A stretch of DNA of 64,000 nt from an uncultured Sphaerochaeta sp. (GCA_963666015.1 OY762555.1:3375607-3439606); one strand, 5' to 3'. Positions 47,341 through 57,107 are shown, counted from the first letter of the stretch. Numbers and translations are program-made. Notes: a model not told the origin generated them from the letters alone.

Positions 47341-48087
47341 ATGTGGCAGTATGACATGATTTATAAACGGAAGTCCTTCCATCTTTTTCGAGGCGTAGAG
47401 CGCTCACTTACAGATGAGGAGCTAGAAGAGATCAATACAGCCTTAAGTGAGTGCAAACCTCTTGTCAGTGATATCAAGGTTGCAACAAAGATTGTTCCGG
47501 CCAATGAGACAACCTGCAAGCGAGGGGAAACACACTGCATCATGTTCTACAGTGAAAAGAAGGAAGGGTCCTTGGAGAATATCGGTTATATCGGGGAACA
47601 GATTGATCTCTATCTGGCATCGAGAGATATCGGTGCTCTCTGGTATGGGATCGGGAAGAAAAAAGAGGAGAACCACTCGGGGCTTGAGTATGTCATCATG
47701 ATAGCCATCGCAAAAATGCCGCCAAAAACATTTCGTAAGGATATGTTCAAGGCTAAGCGAAACATGCTTGCAGAAATCAGAGCAGGCGAGGGCTTTGATG
47801 AGATCCTGGATATTGCACGATTCTCCCCAAGTGCATGCAACAGCCAGCCATGGTATGTTTCCTGCGAGAAGAAAACGCTTGCTGTGTATCGCTACACCAG
47901 GGAAGGGAAGCGTGGAATAATGCCAGAGGGGAGCGTCTTGTACTACAACCAGATCGACATAGGCATATTTCTTTATATACTTGAAATCTGTATGGAACAT
48001 GGAGGTCTTGTCTTTGCAAGATCCCTCATGTTTGAACCTAGTGATCTTGAGAAGAATCTCACAGCGCAATACCAGATAACCACATGA
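47341..48087 (+). CDS. nitroreductase-family protein
   Basis: RFSPSACNSQPW motif, and the size is typical of NAD(P)H nitroreductase-fold proteins. Confidence 0.7.
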   Translation: MWQYDMIYKRKSFHLFRGVERSLTDEELEEINTALSECKPLVSDIKVATKIVPANETTCKRGETHCIMFYSEKKEGSLENIGYIGEQIDLYLASRDIGALWYGIGKKKEENHSGLEYVIMIAIAKMPPKTFRKDMFKAKRNMLAEIRAGEGFDEILDIARFSPSACNSQPWYVSCEKKTLAVYRYTREGKRGIMPEGSVLYYNQIDIGIFLYILEICMEHGGLVFARSLMFEPSDLEKNLTAQYQITT

Positions 48088-48722
48088 AGAAAAAAGCAGT
48101 TCTCTACATACACGGTAAACATGGCAGCAAGGAAGAACTAGATCGTCTGAGACCATTGCTTCAAACTAAAGAGTATGATGGGTACGCCATAGACCTTCCA
48201 GGGCATGGCCAAAGTACAGAAGATCTCGTAAGTTTTACTCCATGGGGTACCAAGCCTCTATTACAAACCTCCTTTGGAATGCTTTCAAGGGAATATACTC
48301 AGGTCACGCTAGTTGCAAACAGCATTGGGTGTTACTTCTCCATGCATGCATTGCAGGGTAACCCTATAGATAATGCCTTATTCATTTCTCCCATTCTATC
48401 CATGGAGCGGCTTATCACAGATATGATCGCTTGGGCAGGTATTACTGAGGCAGCGTTGCAGAAGAAAAAAGAATTTCATACGGAATTTGGAGAAATACTT
48501 TCGTGGGATTATCTTCAATATGTTCGAAATAATCCTAGTAATTGGAAAATCCCTACCTCTGTGCTTTATGCAGGACACGATATGATGACCTCCAGGGACA
48601 CCATCGATTCCTTCATCAGTGCGCACAATGCTGCTCTCACAGTCTATGAAGAAGGGGATCATTGGTTCCATACTCCTGAGCAATTGGAGTTCCTAGATCA
48701 GTGGCTCCTGAAGCAACTATGA
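48084..48722 (+). CDS. alpha/beta-fold hydrolase
   Basis: VLYIHGKHGS, a nucleophile-elbow-like VANSIGC and a C-terminal GDHWF. ATGA overlap with the upstream gene. Confidence 0.6.
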   Translation: MKKKAVLYIHGKHGSKEELDRLRPLLQTKEYDGYAIDLPGHGQSTEDLVSFTPWGTKPLLQTSFGMLSREYTQVTLVANSIGCYFSMHALQGNPIDNALFISPILSMERLITDMIAWAGITEAALQKKKEFHTEFGEILSWDYLQYVRNNPSNWKIPTSVLYAGHDMMTSRDTIDSFISAHNAALTVYEEGDHWFHTPEQLEFLDQWLLKQL

Positions 48723-48825
48723 GTGTCATATTGTATATCTACTCTAAATGCTGAAACAAATTGAATTACTCTTTGTTGTGTGAATTTGGTTGTCGCAGAC
48801 TGGCCCCTGAGTTGGTCTCGGGATA

Positions 48826-48860
48826 CAAAAAAGGACGAACTGAGAAACTCAATTCGTCCT
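48826..48860 (-). terminator. rho-independent terminator after tRNA-Pro
   Basis: On the minus strand: AGGACGAA, a 12-nt loop, TTCGTCCT, then TTTTTTG. Confidence 0.7.
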
Positions 48861-48867
48861 AAGTAGA

Positions 48868-48940
48868 TCGGGGCGAAAGGACTCGAACCTTCGATATCCT
48901 GCTCCCAAAGCAGGTGCCCTAGCCACTGGGCTACGCCCCG
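48868..48940 (-). tRNA. tRNA-Pro (anticodon TGG)
   Basis: Minus-strand fold: CGGGGCG-TA-GCCC-AGTGGCTA-GGGC-A-CCTGC-TTTGGGA-GCAGG-ATATC-GAAGG-TTCGAGT-CCTTT-CGCCCCG-A. Confidence 0.9.
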
Positions 48941-49000
48941 AAACTTTTTGGAGTATACGCACTTGAGCTTGAAAGCGTCAAGGGGGTAGGATACAGAAAT

Positions 49001-49642
49001 ATGGATAAGAATACATACGCGAGTTTGATATACGAACGATTGGACACACTCCTACCAGAAGATATTCAGTTTTTGGAGCAACGTGACCCCTTCAGATTCC
49101 TGATCAGTGTCATCCTCTCAGCCCAGACAACTGACCGAACCGTCAACGCAGTGGTACGAACGTTGTTTGCCCTCTACCCTGATGCTCCTTCCCTTGCCAA
49201 GGCAAGAAGGGAGGATGTGGAAGAGATCATCTTTCCCACCGGCTTCTATCGAAACAAGGCAAAGCATATCATTGCCTGTGCACAGGCACTCGGAGATTGC
49301 GGGCTTCCTGAAACCATGGAAGAGTTGGTCAAGCTTCCTGGAGTGGGGAGAAAGACAGCCAGCTGTGTGCTGGGTGATATCTATGGAAAGCCGGCCATTA
49401 TTGTCGACACACATTTTGGAAGAGTTGTGAACCGGCTTGGGTTGGTTTCAACCAAGGATCCGGAGAAAATCGAGAAGGAAGTAGCTTCTCTCTTGGAACC
49501 TCGATTTCATTACCGGTTTTCCATGACAGCCAACCTGTTTGGGAGAACGACCTGTCATGCAAAGAAACCAGGTTGTGAGGATTGTCCGTTCAGTGATTTC
49601 TGTCCGAGTCGAGATGCTTTTCTGAAGAAACATTCCAAGTGA
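49001..49642 (+). CDS. nth: endonuclease III (DNA-(apurinic or apyrimidinic site) lyase)
   Basis: HhH LVKLPGVGRKTASCVL, plus the 4Fe-4S cluster loop CHAKKPGCEDCPFSDFC. Confidence 0.9.
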   Translation: MDKNTYASLIYERLDTLLPEDIQFLEQRDPFRFLISVILSAQTTDRTVNAVVRTLFALYPDAPSLAKARREDVEEIIFPTGFYRNKAKHIIACAQALGDCGLPETMEELVKLPGVGRKTASCVLGDIYGKPAIIVDTHFGRVVNRLGLVSTKDPEKIEKEVASLLEPRFHYRFSMTANLFGRTTCHAKKPGCEDCPFSDFCPSRDAFLKKHSK

Positions 49643-50111
49643 TGAGATCACCCTCTCTCTGGACGCTGAGAATGGCAAGCGATACATCCTTGATCATGAT
49701 AGGTTCAACCGGGAAAGTAGTATCCATCTCACCAAGATAGATACCATCATACGGGTAGTCTGTTCCCAATTGCTCGCGAATCTTTGTAAACGGTGTGCCC
49801 GGAATGGGAAGATGCAGGAGCCCATATTTGTAGGAGGCTACGCCAAGTGTAGATAGAGGAAGGTGTGGACAATCGACAAAAGGCAGTGCCTCCTGCTTGT
49901 CAGCCGGGCCAAGGATGATGCATGCTTCCAGTGCAAGCAAACTGGGGTTTCCATGCTGTTTGTATAAACTGTCCCTGAATAGTTTCAGGTTTCTTCTCAG
50001 CTCTTTGCCCAATCGAAGGATGTAATAGTTCTCCATGGGTGTAGCATACTGAAGGAGATAGGCCTCAGCAAGGGAAAAAACAGAAAAGATGATGCCTTTG
50101 TCTTTACACAA
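49590..50111 (-). CDS. hypothetical protein
   Basis: 173-aa ORF that overlaps the nth 3' end by about 50 nt. Start uncertain, with an alternative ATG at 50036. No motif recognised. Confidence 0.4.
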   Translation of the reverse strand: MCKDKGIIFSVFSLAEAYLLQYATPMENYYILRLGKELRRNLKLFRDSLYKQHGNPSLLALEACIILGPADKQEALPFVDCPHLPLSTLGVASYKYGLLHLPIPGTPFTKIREQLGTDYPYDGIYLGEMDTTFPVEPIMIKDVSLAILSVQREGDLITWNVSSEKHLDSDRNH

Positions 50112-50272
50112 AAGCTGTTATCTGGTAATTTGGCTAAGGTTGAAGTCTATTTGTACGACACCCTTGTACTACTGCTCACGGGCAAGGGCTTGCCTGGACA
50201 AGGTGATGCGTGATTTCGACAGGCCCTGGTTCGGCCAACGAATGAATTATTAAGGATAAGGTGGATATAGCT

Positions 50273-50503
50273 ATGGCTCGTAGATGTGAGATTTGCGGAA
50301 AAGGAACGGTTGCAGGAAATAGTGTTCCGAGAAAAGGACAAGCCAAGAAGCATGGCGGTGTTGGTCAACACATTGGTGTTACCACAAAGCGCGTATTCCG
50401 CCCCAACATCGTGTCTGTGAAAACTCTGGTCAAGGGAACTCCCCGTACCATTAAAGTTTGCACACGTTGCTTGCGGAGCGGTAAAATCGAGAAGCTCGTA
50501 TAA
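50273..50503 (+). CDS. rpmB: 50S ribosomal protein L28
   Basis: MARRCEICGKGTVAGNSV... is typical of L28. Start at the second in-frame ATG. Confidence 0.85.
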   Translation: MARRCEICGKGTVAGNSVPRKGQAKKHGGVGQHIGVTTKRVFRPNIVSVKTLVKGTPRTIKVCTRCLRSGKIEKLV

Positions 50504-50530
50504 TCATACGCACGTCATCTCGATTACCAG

Positions 50531-50556
50531 AAGAGCCCAGCATTGGGCTCTTTTTG
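50531..50556 (+). terminator. rho-independent terminator of rpmB
   Basis: AAGAGCCCA-gcat-TGGGCTCTT followed by a T tract. Confidence 0.8.
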
Positions 50557-50624
50557 TATAATTTTACAAGACTAATTTTCAGTGTTTTGTTCACTATGAT
50601 GAATTTTTCTCGGAGGTGTTGGTA

Positions 50625-52997
50625 ATGAATGACATACGGGTACACGCAGTAGAAAGCATCAATCTTGTTTCACAGGATGGTTTGGAAAAGCTCATCCGAA
50701 TTCTTCGTACCTCCGGAGAGACACACCAGGTAGTAGTACTTGCTCCATTCACTGATGATAACCTTGAACTCACCAACCTCTTGCACCTTGCCATGCAACG
50801 TGATGAGAGGCTCTGGTCCATGCAGGAGCAACGCTTTACCCGTTGGACAGCCTTGGTTGAAGACCTTCTTTCTGTACCTGCCGGGACCAAGGTCCTGGAC
50901 AGGATAAAGCAAGGATTTGCAGACCTGGAAGATATCCTTCGCTCAATCTGGTTGGTTCAGGAGATCAGTGAAGGAGTACAGCGCTATGCAGGTACTCTCT
51001 GTGACAGTTGGGTTGCTGATCTTGCTTGCCATTGGGCCAATTTGCATAACCTTCCATCCAATCTCCTTGGCTATGCCGATTCCCTGAAGAAGCATAGAGT
51101 TGAGGAATCATCACTGTTTATTTATGGCGCGGTAAAAGATGGCCAAAGCGAATACGCTGCAGCATCCCTTGCTGCACAGCTTGAAGCAGTTGGGGTAACG
51201 TTCTGGAACAATAGTTCATTACTCCATAATGCTGACCACAGGGAAGTTCCTTCTGCGTTGGTTATCCGCTCTCTCTCCTATGCTGAAGCAACTGAGCTCA
51301 GCTTCTTTGGGGCTCCCATTATTCATTCTCATGCACTTGTCCCTGCCATTGCTGCCTCCTTGGATGTGCAGCTTCGCTGTTGGAAAGACGAAGAAGATCC
51401 AGGTACCATCATCAGTAAGCATGGAGACAAGAGAGAACCAAATAGAGTGAAGGGCTTTTCCATCATCCATGATATAGCCCTTATCAATGTGGAAGGAGCA
51501 GGAATGAGTGGTGTTATTGGCATCGCTAGTCGCCTCTTTTCAGCCATGAGAAAAGCTTCCATCTCCGTTGTGCTTATCAGTCAGGCTTCCAGTGAGTATT
51601 CCATCTGTTTTGCTGTTCCCGAGAGGGAAGCAGATCGTGCCTGCGCCACTGCTAGGAAGGAGTTCGCTCCCGAGCTTGAGGCTGCCTCCATTCAAAGTAT
51701 TGAGGCTGAAACCGGGCTTGCAGTCCTTGCAGCTGTTGGAGAGCAAATGACAGGCCAGGCAGGAGTTGCTGGGAAGTTTTTTTCTTCCTTGGGCAAGGCA
51801 GGGGTAAATGTCATTGCCATTGCACAGGGTTCAAGTGAGACCAACATCAGTGCAGTTATCAAGGGAATTGACAGCAAAAAGGCATTGAGGGCGCTTCATG
51901 CACGGTTCTTCCTCTCCAAGCGAGCGATCTCGGTTGGTTTGCTCGGCCCAGGAAATATCGGCGGTACGTTATTACAGCAAATCTCCAAGGAGACAACCAG
52001 ACTGAAAGAACAGTTTGGGCTCGATATTCATATCCGGGGTATTGCGAACTCTAGAAAGATGTTGCTTGACCAGGATGGGATTGATCCAGGCGCCTGGAAA
52101 GAACGCTTTGATAAGGAAGCTGTTGAGCTCGACCAAGACCTCTTTACCCGCCACATTGGTGCTACCTACTTCCCACACTCCCTGATCATAGACTGCACTA
52201 CCAGCAGCAAACTTGCTGAGCAGTATGTGTCGTGGTTGGAGTCAGGGATTCATGTCATTACCCCGAACAAGAAGGCTGGGACGGCTCCTATGGCGTACTA
52301 CCAGAGCTTGCTGGAGACTTCCATGAGAACCGGAAAACGATTTCTCTATGAGACCACCGTCGGTGCAGGGCTTCCTATTATCTGGACCTTGAAAGACTTG
52401 GTCCAGACAGGGGATACCGTACACCGCATTGAGGGTATTGTCAGTGGTACCCTTGCCTGGCTCTTCTCCAGCTATGATGCAAGTATTCCCTTCAGCTCCC
52501 TGGTAAGACAAGCAAAGGAGATGGGGTATACTGAACCGGACCCGAGAGATGATCTCTCAGGTATGGATGTTGGGCGGAAGACAGTCATTCTCGCCAGAGA
52601 GTTGGGCTATTCCTTGGAAGTGGAAGACATTCCCATACAGAGTCTGGTACCTGAGTCTTTGGATGGTTGTTCTTCAAGTGAGTTCATGGAGAGATTGGAG
52701 GCAATCGATCCTATCATTGAAAAAGCTTACAAAGATGCCGCAGAGAAGGGTGAAAAGCTCCGCTATGTCGGGATTGTAGATGAAGAGGGCAACTGCAGTG
52801 CTTCCTTGAAGAGCTATGCGGGCAACCATCCCTTTGCCCAGGCAAATGGAACTGACAATGTGATCTGTTTTACCACCGACCGGTATTTGAGCCAACCTCT
52901 GGTGATCAAGGGACCGGGAGCAGGAAGGGAAGTTACCGCCGGTGGTGTATTCTCTGATATTCTTCGATTGGCAGCCTATCTTGGGGCCAGGATTTAG
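50625..52997 (+). CDS. ThrA-architecture protein: aspartokinase-like domain (motifs degenerate), two ACT domains and homoserine dehydrogenase
   Basis: The C-terminal HSD domain looks intact (GPGNIGG, VITPNKK, YETTVGAGLPII, GYTEPDPRDDLSGMDVGRK), and the ACT region is intact. The N-terminal kinase motifs are replaced (see findings). GGAGG lies 8 nt upstream of ATG 50625. Confidence 0.8.
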   Translation: MNDIRVHAVESINLVSQDGLEKLIRILRTSGETHQVVVLAPFTDDNLELTNLLHLAMQRDERLWSMQEQRFTRWTALVEDLLSVPAGTKVLDRIKQGFADLEDILRSIWLVQEISEGVQRYAGTLCDSWVADLACHWANLHNLPSNLLGYADSLKKHRVEESSLFIYGAVKDGQSEYAAASLAAQLEAVGVTFWNNSSLLHNADHREVPSALVIRSLSYAEATELSFFGAPIIHSHALVPAIAASLDVQLRCWKDEEDPGTIISKHGDKREPNRVKGFSIIHDIALINVEGAGMSGVIGIASRLFSAMRKASISVVLISQASSEYSICFAVPEREADRACATARKEFAPELEAASIQSIEAETGLAVLAAVGEQMTGQAGVAGKFFSSLGKAGVNVIAIAQGSSETNISAVIKGIDSKKALRALHARFFLSKRAISVGLLGPGNIGGTLLQQISKETTRLKEQFGLDIHIRGIANSRKMLLDQDGIDPGAWKERFDKEAVELDQDLFTRHIGATYFPHSLIIDCTTSSKLAEQYVSWLESGIHVITPNKKAGTAPMAYYQSLLETSMRTGKRFLYETTVGAGLPIIWTLKDLVQTGDTVHRIEGIVSGTLAWLFSSYDASIPFSSLVRQAKEMGYTEPDPRDDLSGMDVGRKTVILARELGYSLEVEDIPIQSLVPESLDGCSSSEFMERLEAIDPIIEKAYKDAAEKGEKLRYVGIVDEEGNCSASLKSYAGNHPFAQANGTDNVICFTTDRYLSQPLVIKGPGAGREVTAGGVFSDILRLAAYLGARI

Positions 52998-53009
52998 GAG
53001 GACGTAACG

Positions 53010-54278
53010 ATGAAGTTTGTATCAACAAGAAAGGAAGCTCCCAAGGTGAGTGCCAGCGAAGCAATCATGCAAGGTCTTGCACCAGACGGGGGACTCTATG
53101 TTCCTGAGTCCTTTCCCTCCCTTTCTCACCTGAATGTACATGAGATCTCCTCATACCCTGAGCTAGCCTATGAAGTGCTTGCTCCTTTCTTTGAGGATGA
53201 TCCTCTGAAAGATGACCTGGCTCAGATTTGCATGGACGCCTTCAATTTTCCGGTTCCCTTGGTTCCCCTAAAGGGGAAGGAGATGGTCCTTGAGCTCTAT
53301 CATGGGCCGACTGCTGCATTCAAGGATTTTGGTGCACGATTCCTTGCTGCAAGCATGGAGAAGATCCTGGAGAAGCAAAGCCGAAAGCTTACCATTCTGG
53401 TAGCAACCAGTGGTGATACCGGTGGGGCGGTAGCCGCAGCCTTCGCTGGACGAAAGGGTATTGATGTAAAGGTACTTTTTCCCAAGGGTAGGGTAAGCAA
53501 GAGGCAGCAAACCCAGCTCACCTGTTGGGGTGGCAATATTGAGGCCTATGAGGTCGATGGCAATTTCGATGACTGCCAGAAGATGGTCAAGGATGCGTTC
53601 ATGGACCAGGAGATTGCCACCAAGTGGGGACTCAGTAGTGCAAACAGCATTAACCTGGGCAGGCTCCTTCCCCAGAGTGTTTACTATGTCTATGCTTCCC
53701 ATCTCTACTTCCAGGCAACTGGAAAGAAACCAACCTTCATCATTCCCAGTGGAAATGTGGGCAACAGCTGTGGTGCCTACTGGGCCCTGAGTATGGGATC
53801 TCCCATTGAAAGGATTGTCCTCTCAGTGAATGAGAACAAGACCATTCCTGACTATCTGTTTTCCGGCAACTATGAGAAGCGTCCCTCTGTAGCTACCTTG
53901 GCCAATGCCATGGATGTTGGGGCTCCGAGCAACATGGAGCGTTTGTTCGATCTCTATCCAGATATCGATACTATGCGAAAGATGGTAAGCGCTTGGTCTG
54001 TTGATGACGAGACCATCAGGAAGACGATCAAGGAAGTGTATGATGAGTCAGGGTATATCATGTGCCCCCATACCGCTACAGGAGAGCGAGTGAGAAGAGA
54101 CCATTTCAGTGGCAAACCCACCATTGTCATTTCTACTGCCCACCCAGCAAAGTTTGAGCAGGTGGTAGAACCACTGCTTAATACAGAGGTACCCGTTCCA
54201 GAGAACCTGAAGCAATTGCTTGATAAGAAGACTTCTTTCAAACAGGTAGGGAAGGAGTATCGGGAGTTGTTTGAGTAG
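53010..54278 (+). CDS. thrC: threonine synthase
   Basis: PLP-lysine motif HGPTAAFKDFGARF and ATSGDTGGA. 422 aa, immediately downstream of the ThrA-like gene. Confidence 0.9.
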   Translation: MKFVSTRKEAPKVSASEAIMQGLAPDGGLYVPESFPSLSHLNVHEISSYPELAYEVLAPFFEDDPLKDDLAQICMDAFNFPVPLVPLKGKEMVLELYHGPTAAFKDFGARFLAASMEKILEKQSRKLTILVATSGDTGGAVAAAFAGRKGIDVKVLFPKGRVSKRQQTQLTCWGGNIEAYEVDGNFDDCQKMVKDAFMDQEIATKWGLSSANSINLGRLLPQSVYYVYASHLYFQATGKKPTFIIPSGNVGNSCGAYWALSMGSPIERIVLSVNENKTIPDYLFSGNYEKRPSVATLANAMDVGAPSNMERLFDLYPDIDTMRKMVSAWSVDDETIRKTIKEVYDESGYIMCPHTATGERVRRDHFSGKPTIVISTAHPAKFEQVVEPLLNTEVPVPENLKQLLDKKTSFKQVGKEYRELFE

Positions 54279-54299
54279 GGTGATTTGGCAGAAAATATC

Positions 54300-54341
54300 G
54301 CCACACTGTAAATCAATACCTGATTCCCAGTGTGGCTTTTT
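54300..54341 (+). terminator. rho-independent terminator of thrC
   Basis: GCCACACTG, a 19-nt loop, CAGTGTGGC, then TTTTT. Confidence 0.7.
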
Positions 54342-54381
54342 GGATTGCTAAATTAGCTGAAAATTATTCTAGGTCCATTGA

Positions 54382-56250
54382 TTAAGACATCTCGGCTATC
54401 AGTCCTCCGATATACTCAACCAATTCCCAATTTGTAAGCGAATGCGCAGTGGTTCCGTCAGTAATCGAAAGCTTCATATACTCTTCGCTTACGTCATAAG
54501 AACCGTAGAACGCCGCCATGGCTGTCCCAAATGAATTCTGATTCGCAAAAATGCTTGAGAGATCTTCCAGATACGTATCAATATCATCCAGTCTCGTTGC
54601 TTTGATTGGCTTCAAGGCAAATTCGATGACAACGGGATGATCATAAACAGTGACATCTGATTCCCCTGCAACACCAATCGTGTTAGTCGCGATGCTGAAC
54701 TGTAAGGAAATGTATACATCACCATCTATCCATAGCGGGTTATCTGTTGATGGTATCTGGTACTGCAAGTTCTTGATGCCAAAATCGATGAACAAGCCAG
54801 TAGCTAGCTTGATCCCATTAGATTCTTCAATTGACATGAAAGAGGAAACACCGAAATTTCCTTCTGCAAAGATATCTCCAATTATGTCAGAAATAGCATC
54901 AAAGTCTGGTTTGTTTTCATTAGTTAGAGGCATATCAGCTGCTGTTTCAAGTAATTCCAGCAAATCGGAGACTTTCGCTTTCATTTCCAAATCGAGATGA
55001 TCGATAGTAAAATCTAACAATGTATCATAGGTGCCTTCTGTTTCGCCTGGTTGAACTATAGAGAGATTTTCATCTTCTAGGCTGATACTGAAGGTGGATG
55101 AAAGCGCTCTTGTGGTAGGATGTGCATTTCCTTTAATGGTTTCAGTAAAAGCAGTTATCGTTCCACCAAATCCAGAATTAAGTGTTCCTTGAAGGAATGC
55201 CATGAAGCTCTCATCATTAAAACCTGGCAGTGTATAAGGATCAATATCTACTCCGGTTTCCAGAGGAACGTCCGTCAAAGTTGCAACTCTATAATCTCTG
55301 ACATGAGTGGCAAATATTTCTGTCCACTTCGCATAGAGCGTTGTATCAGCGCTCACATCAGTATTGAAATCCCATGCAGTTGTTAATCCAGTGTCAGAGA
55401 ACCAACCCGCAAAGGTGTACCCCTCTTTTTCAGGATCTGAAGGTTTTGTAAATGTTGAGCCTTTTAAGATGGTTTGCTCAAGAACATTACTCCCACCGTT
55501 TGAATCAAACACTCCTTTAACCGTATTACTGGTCCATTTAGCATACAGTGTCATATCAGCATTCACAGGATTACTAAAATTCCATGCAGTTGATAGTCCC
55601 GCATCAGAATACCATCCACTGAATGTATACCAATCTCTTGTGGGAGCTGTTGGTGCTGTAAGGGTTGCTCCCTTTTCAACTGCTACTCCGTTAACAAAGC
55701 TTCCACCATTGGAATCGAACGTAATATCGACAGGGTCTGTCAGCCATTGAGCATAGAGGGTCATGTCCTCGTGTACTACATCCGTTGAAAAGTCCCACCG
55801 ATAGGTGAATGCGCTGTCTTTATACCATCCACTAAATATTTTTGATCCATTGGCATTTGGAGCAGCTGGTGCTGTTAATTGTGTATCATAATTTGCTTGA
55901 ACAGTAGTATTCTGTTGTGCGCTGTTATAATCATACGTTATATCGAGTGAACTTGGTGTCCACTTGGCATACAGTATGATATCTGTAGTGATTGCAGTGG
56001 AAAAATTCCAAGCGTTTGCATAACTCTGGTCAGTATACCAACCAGCAAATGTATGTCCCGTTTTCGTAGGTGCCGACGGAGCTGTAACTCTTTCACCTAC
56101 GGTAACAGATTTAATTTGCATGATATCATCAGTATAGAATGTGACAGAGACCTTCTCTTCAATTTCTGGTCCAGCCATATCGCACCCAATCATACTCACC
56201 AATGTGAACAGTATTAATAATGGAATAGTATATAGCAATGATCTTTTCAT
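54382..56250 (-). CDS. lipoprotein with five InlB-type B-repeats (Listeria-Bacteroides repeat) and an uncharacterised C-terminal domain
   Basis: Lipobox LVSMIGC. Five copies of ...G(H/Y)TF(A/S)GW(Y/F)xDxxxxxxW(N/D)FxxxxxxDxxLYA(K/Q)W. About 300 C-terminal residues carry no recognised motif. Start at ATG 56250, preceded by AAGGAA. Confidence 0.75.
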   Translation of the reverse strand: MKRSLLYTIPLLILFTLVSMIGCDMAGPEIEEKVSVTFYTDDIMQIKSVTVGERVTAPSAPTKTGHTFAGWYTDQSYANAWNFSTAITTDIILYAKWTPSSLDITYDYNSAQQNTTVQANYDTQLTAPAAPNANGSKIFSGWYKDSAFTYRWDFSTDVVHEDMTLYAQWLTDPVDITFDSNGGSFVNGVAVEKGATLTAPTAPTRDWYTFSGWYSDAGLSTAWNFSNPVNADMTLYAKWTSNTVKGVFDSNGGSNVLEQTILKGSTFTKPSDPEKEGYTFAGWFSDTGLTTAWDFNTDVSADTTLYAKWTEIFATHVRDYRVATLTDVPLETGVDIDPYTLPGFNDESFMAFLQGTLNSGFGGTITAFTETIKGNAHPTTRALSSTFSISLEDENLSIVQPGETEGTYDTLLDFTIDHLDLEMKAKVSDLLELLETAADMPLTNENKPDFDAISDIIGDIFAEGNFGVSSFMSIEESNGIKLATGLFIDFGIKNLQYQIPSTDNPLWIDGDVYISLQFSIATNTIGVAGESDVTVYDHPVVIEFALKPIKATRLDDIDTYLEDLSSIFANQNSFGTAMAAFYGSYDVSEEYMKLSITDGTTAHSLTNWELVEYIGGLIAEMS

Positions 56251-56400
56251 TGTTGTTTTCCTTTTGATTGCATTTCGGTTTTGATTTGAAAGCTGCTTTT
56301 TAAAACAAAAAAGCATTATTCAACGCCTAGGTCAGGAAAAGGCGTAAGTAATTTGCCCTTTTAAGAAAGAACCTGATCTGGCGGCGGTAGGTTGGAGTAG

Positions 56401-57107
56401 AGGGAACTATCCCATCCCGCTTTTCTAGAACAGTTGGGATGAATATTGCATTGCAAACCTGACATACAAGCCCAATAGTCGTTTGGCAGTAACATCATTC
56501 CTGATTTCTTCCAAGTTTGCCGCATTATCCCTCCAAATACCTGCAATCCTCCAGAGCATATGTAACCTGGGGATTTGAGACGCATACGATATTTGGAGCT
56601 ACAGTATTCTAGTACTGCATGAGCCTCATTCTCATTGAGTTTGTTCTTATTCGTAGAATACCAACAGTTTTATGGAACTGTAAAGAAAAATATGACACAA
56701 GGTATGAATAGTAATATAGTGTTAGGGACTATCCCATCCCGCTTTTCTAGAACAGTTGGGATGAATATTGCATTGCAAACCTGACATACAAGCCCAATAG
56801 TCGTTTGGCAGTAACATCATTCCTGATTTCTTCCAAGTTTGCCGCATTATCCCTCCAAATACCTGCAATCCAGAGCATATGTCCAGAGGATAGGTTGTAA
56901 CCTGGATTTGAGACGCATACGATATTTGGAGCTACAGTATTCTAGTACTGCATGAGCCTCATTCTCATTGAGTTTGTTCTTATTCGTAGAATACCAACAG
57001 TTTTATGGAACTGATATGTAAAGAAAATACAGGACTATGAACAACAAGGAGAATCCTTGGTGGTTTTACAAAGGAATATGACACAAGGTATGAATAAATT
57101 ACGTTAG
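56401..57107. repeat. tandem duplication of a roughly 323-bp non-coding unit (2 copies, second copy with indels)
   Basis: Unit 1 is 56401-56723. Unit 2 is 56724 to about 57107. Long identical runs are shared (for example ACTATCCCATCCCGCTTTTCTAGAACAGTTGGGATGAATATTGCATTGCAAACC...). Unit 2 carries an insertion of about 15 bp and another of about 55 bp. Confidence 0.85.

Noticed and set aside
50162-50203. GC-rich nested hairpin (CCTTGT...GGCAAG..CTTGCC...ACAAGG) upstream of rpmB, as a ribosomal-protein leader.
   Set aside because: I know of no matching leader family. It lies in a divergent promoter region and the inner loop is very tight. This is not enough evidence.
56361-56585. 74-aa Cys-containing ORF inside the first tandem repeat unit (possible small secreted peptide).
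   Set aside because: It has no RBS. In the second repeat copy the same frame is broken by indels and stops after about 23 codons. The sequence conservation is therefore at the DNA level, not the protein level.
56401-57107. Possible CRISPR array or IS element.
   Set aside because: The units are about 323 bp, directly abutting, with no short repeat-spacer periodicity. I found no terminal inverted repeats and no transposase ORF.
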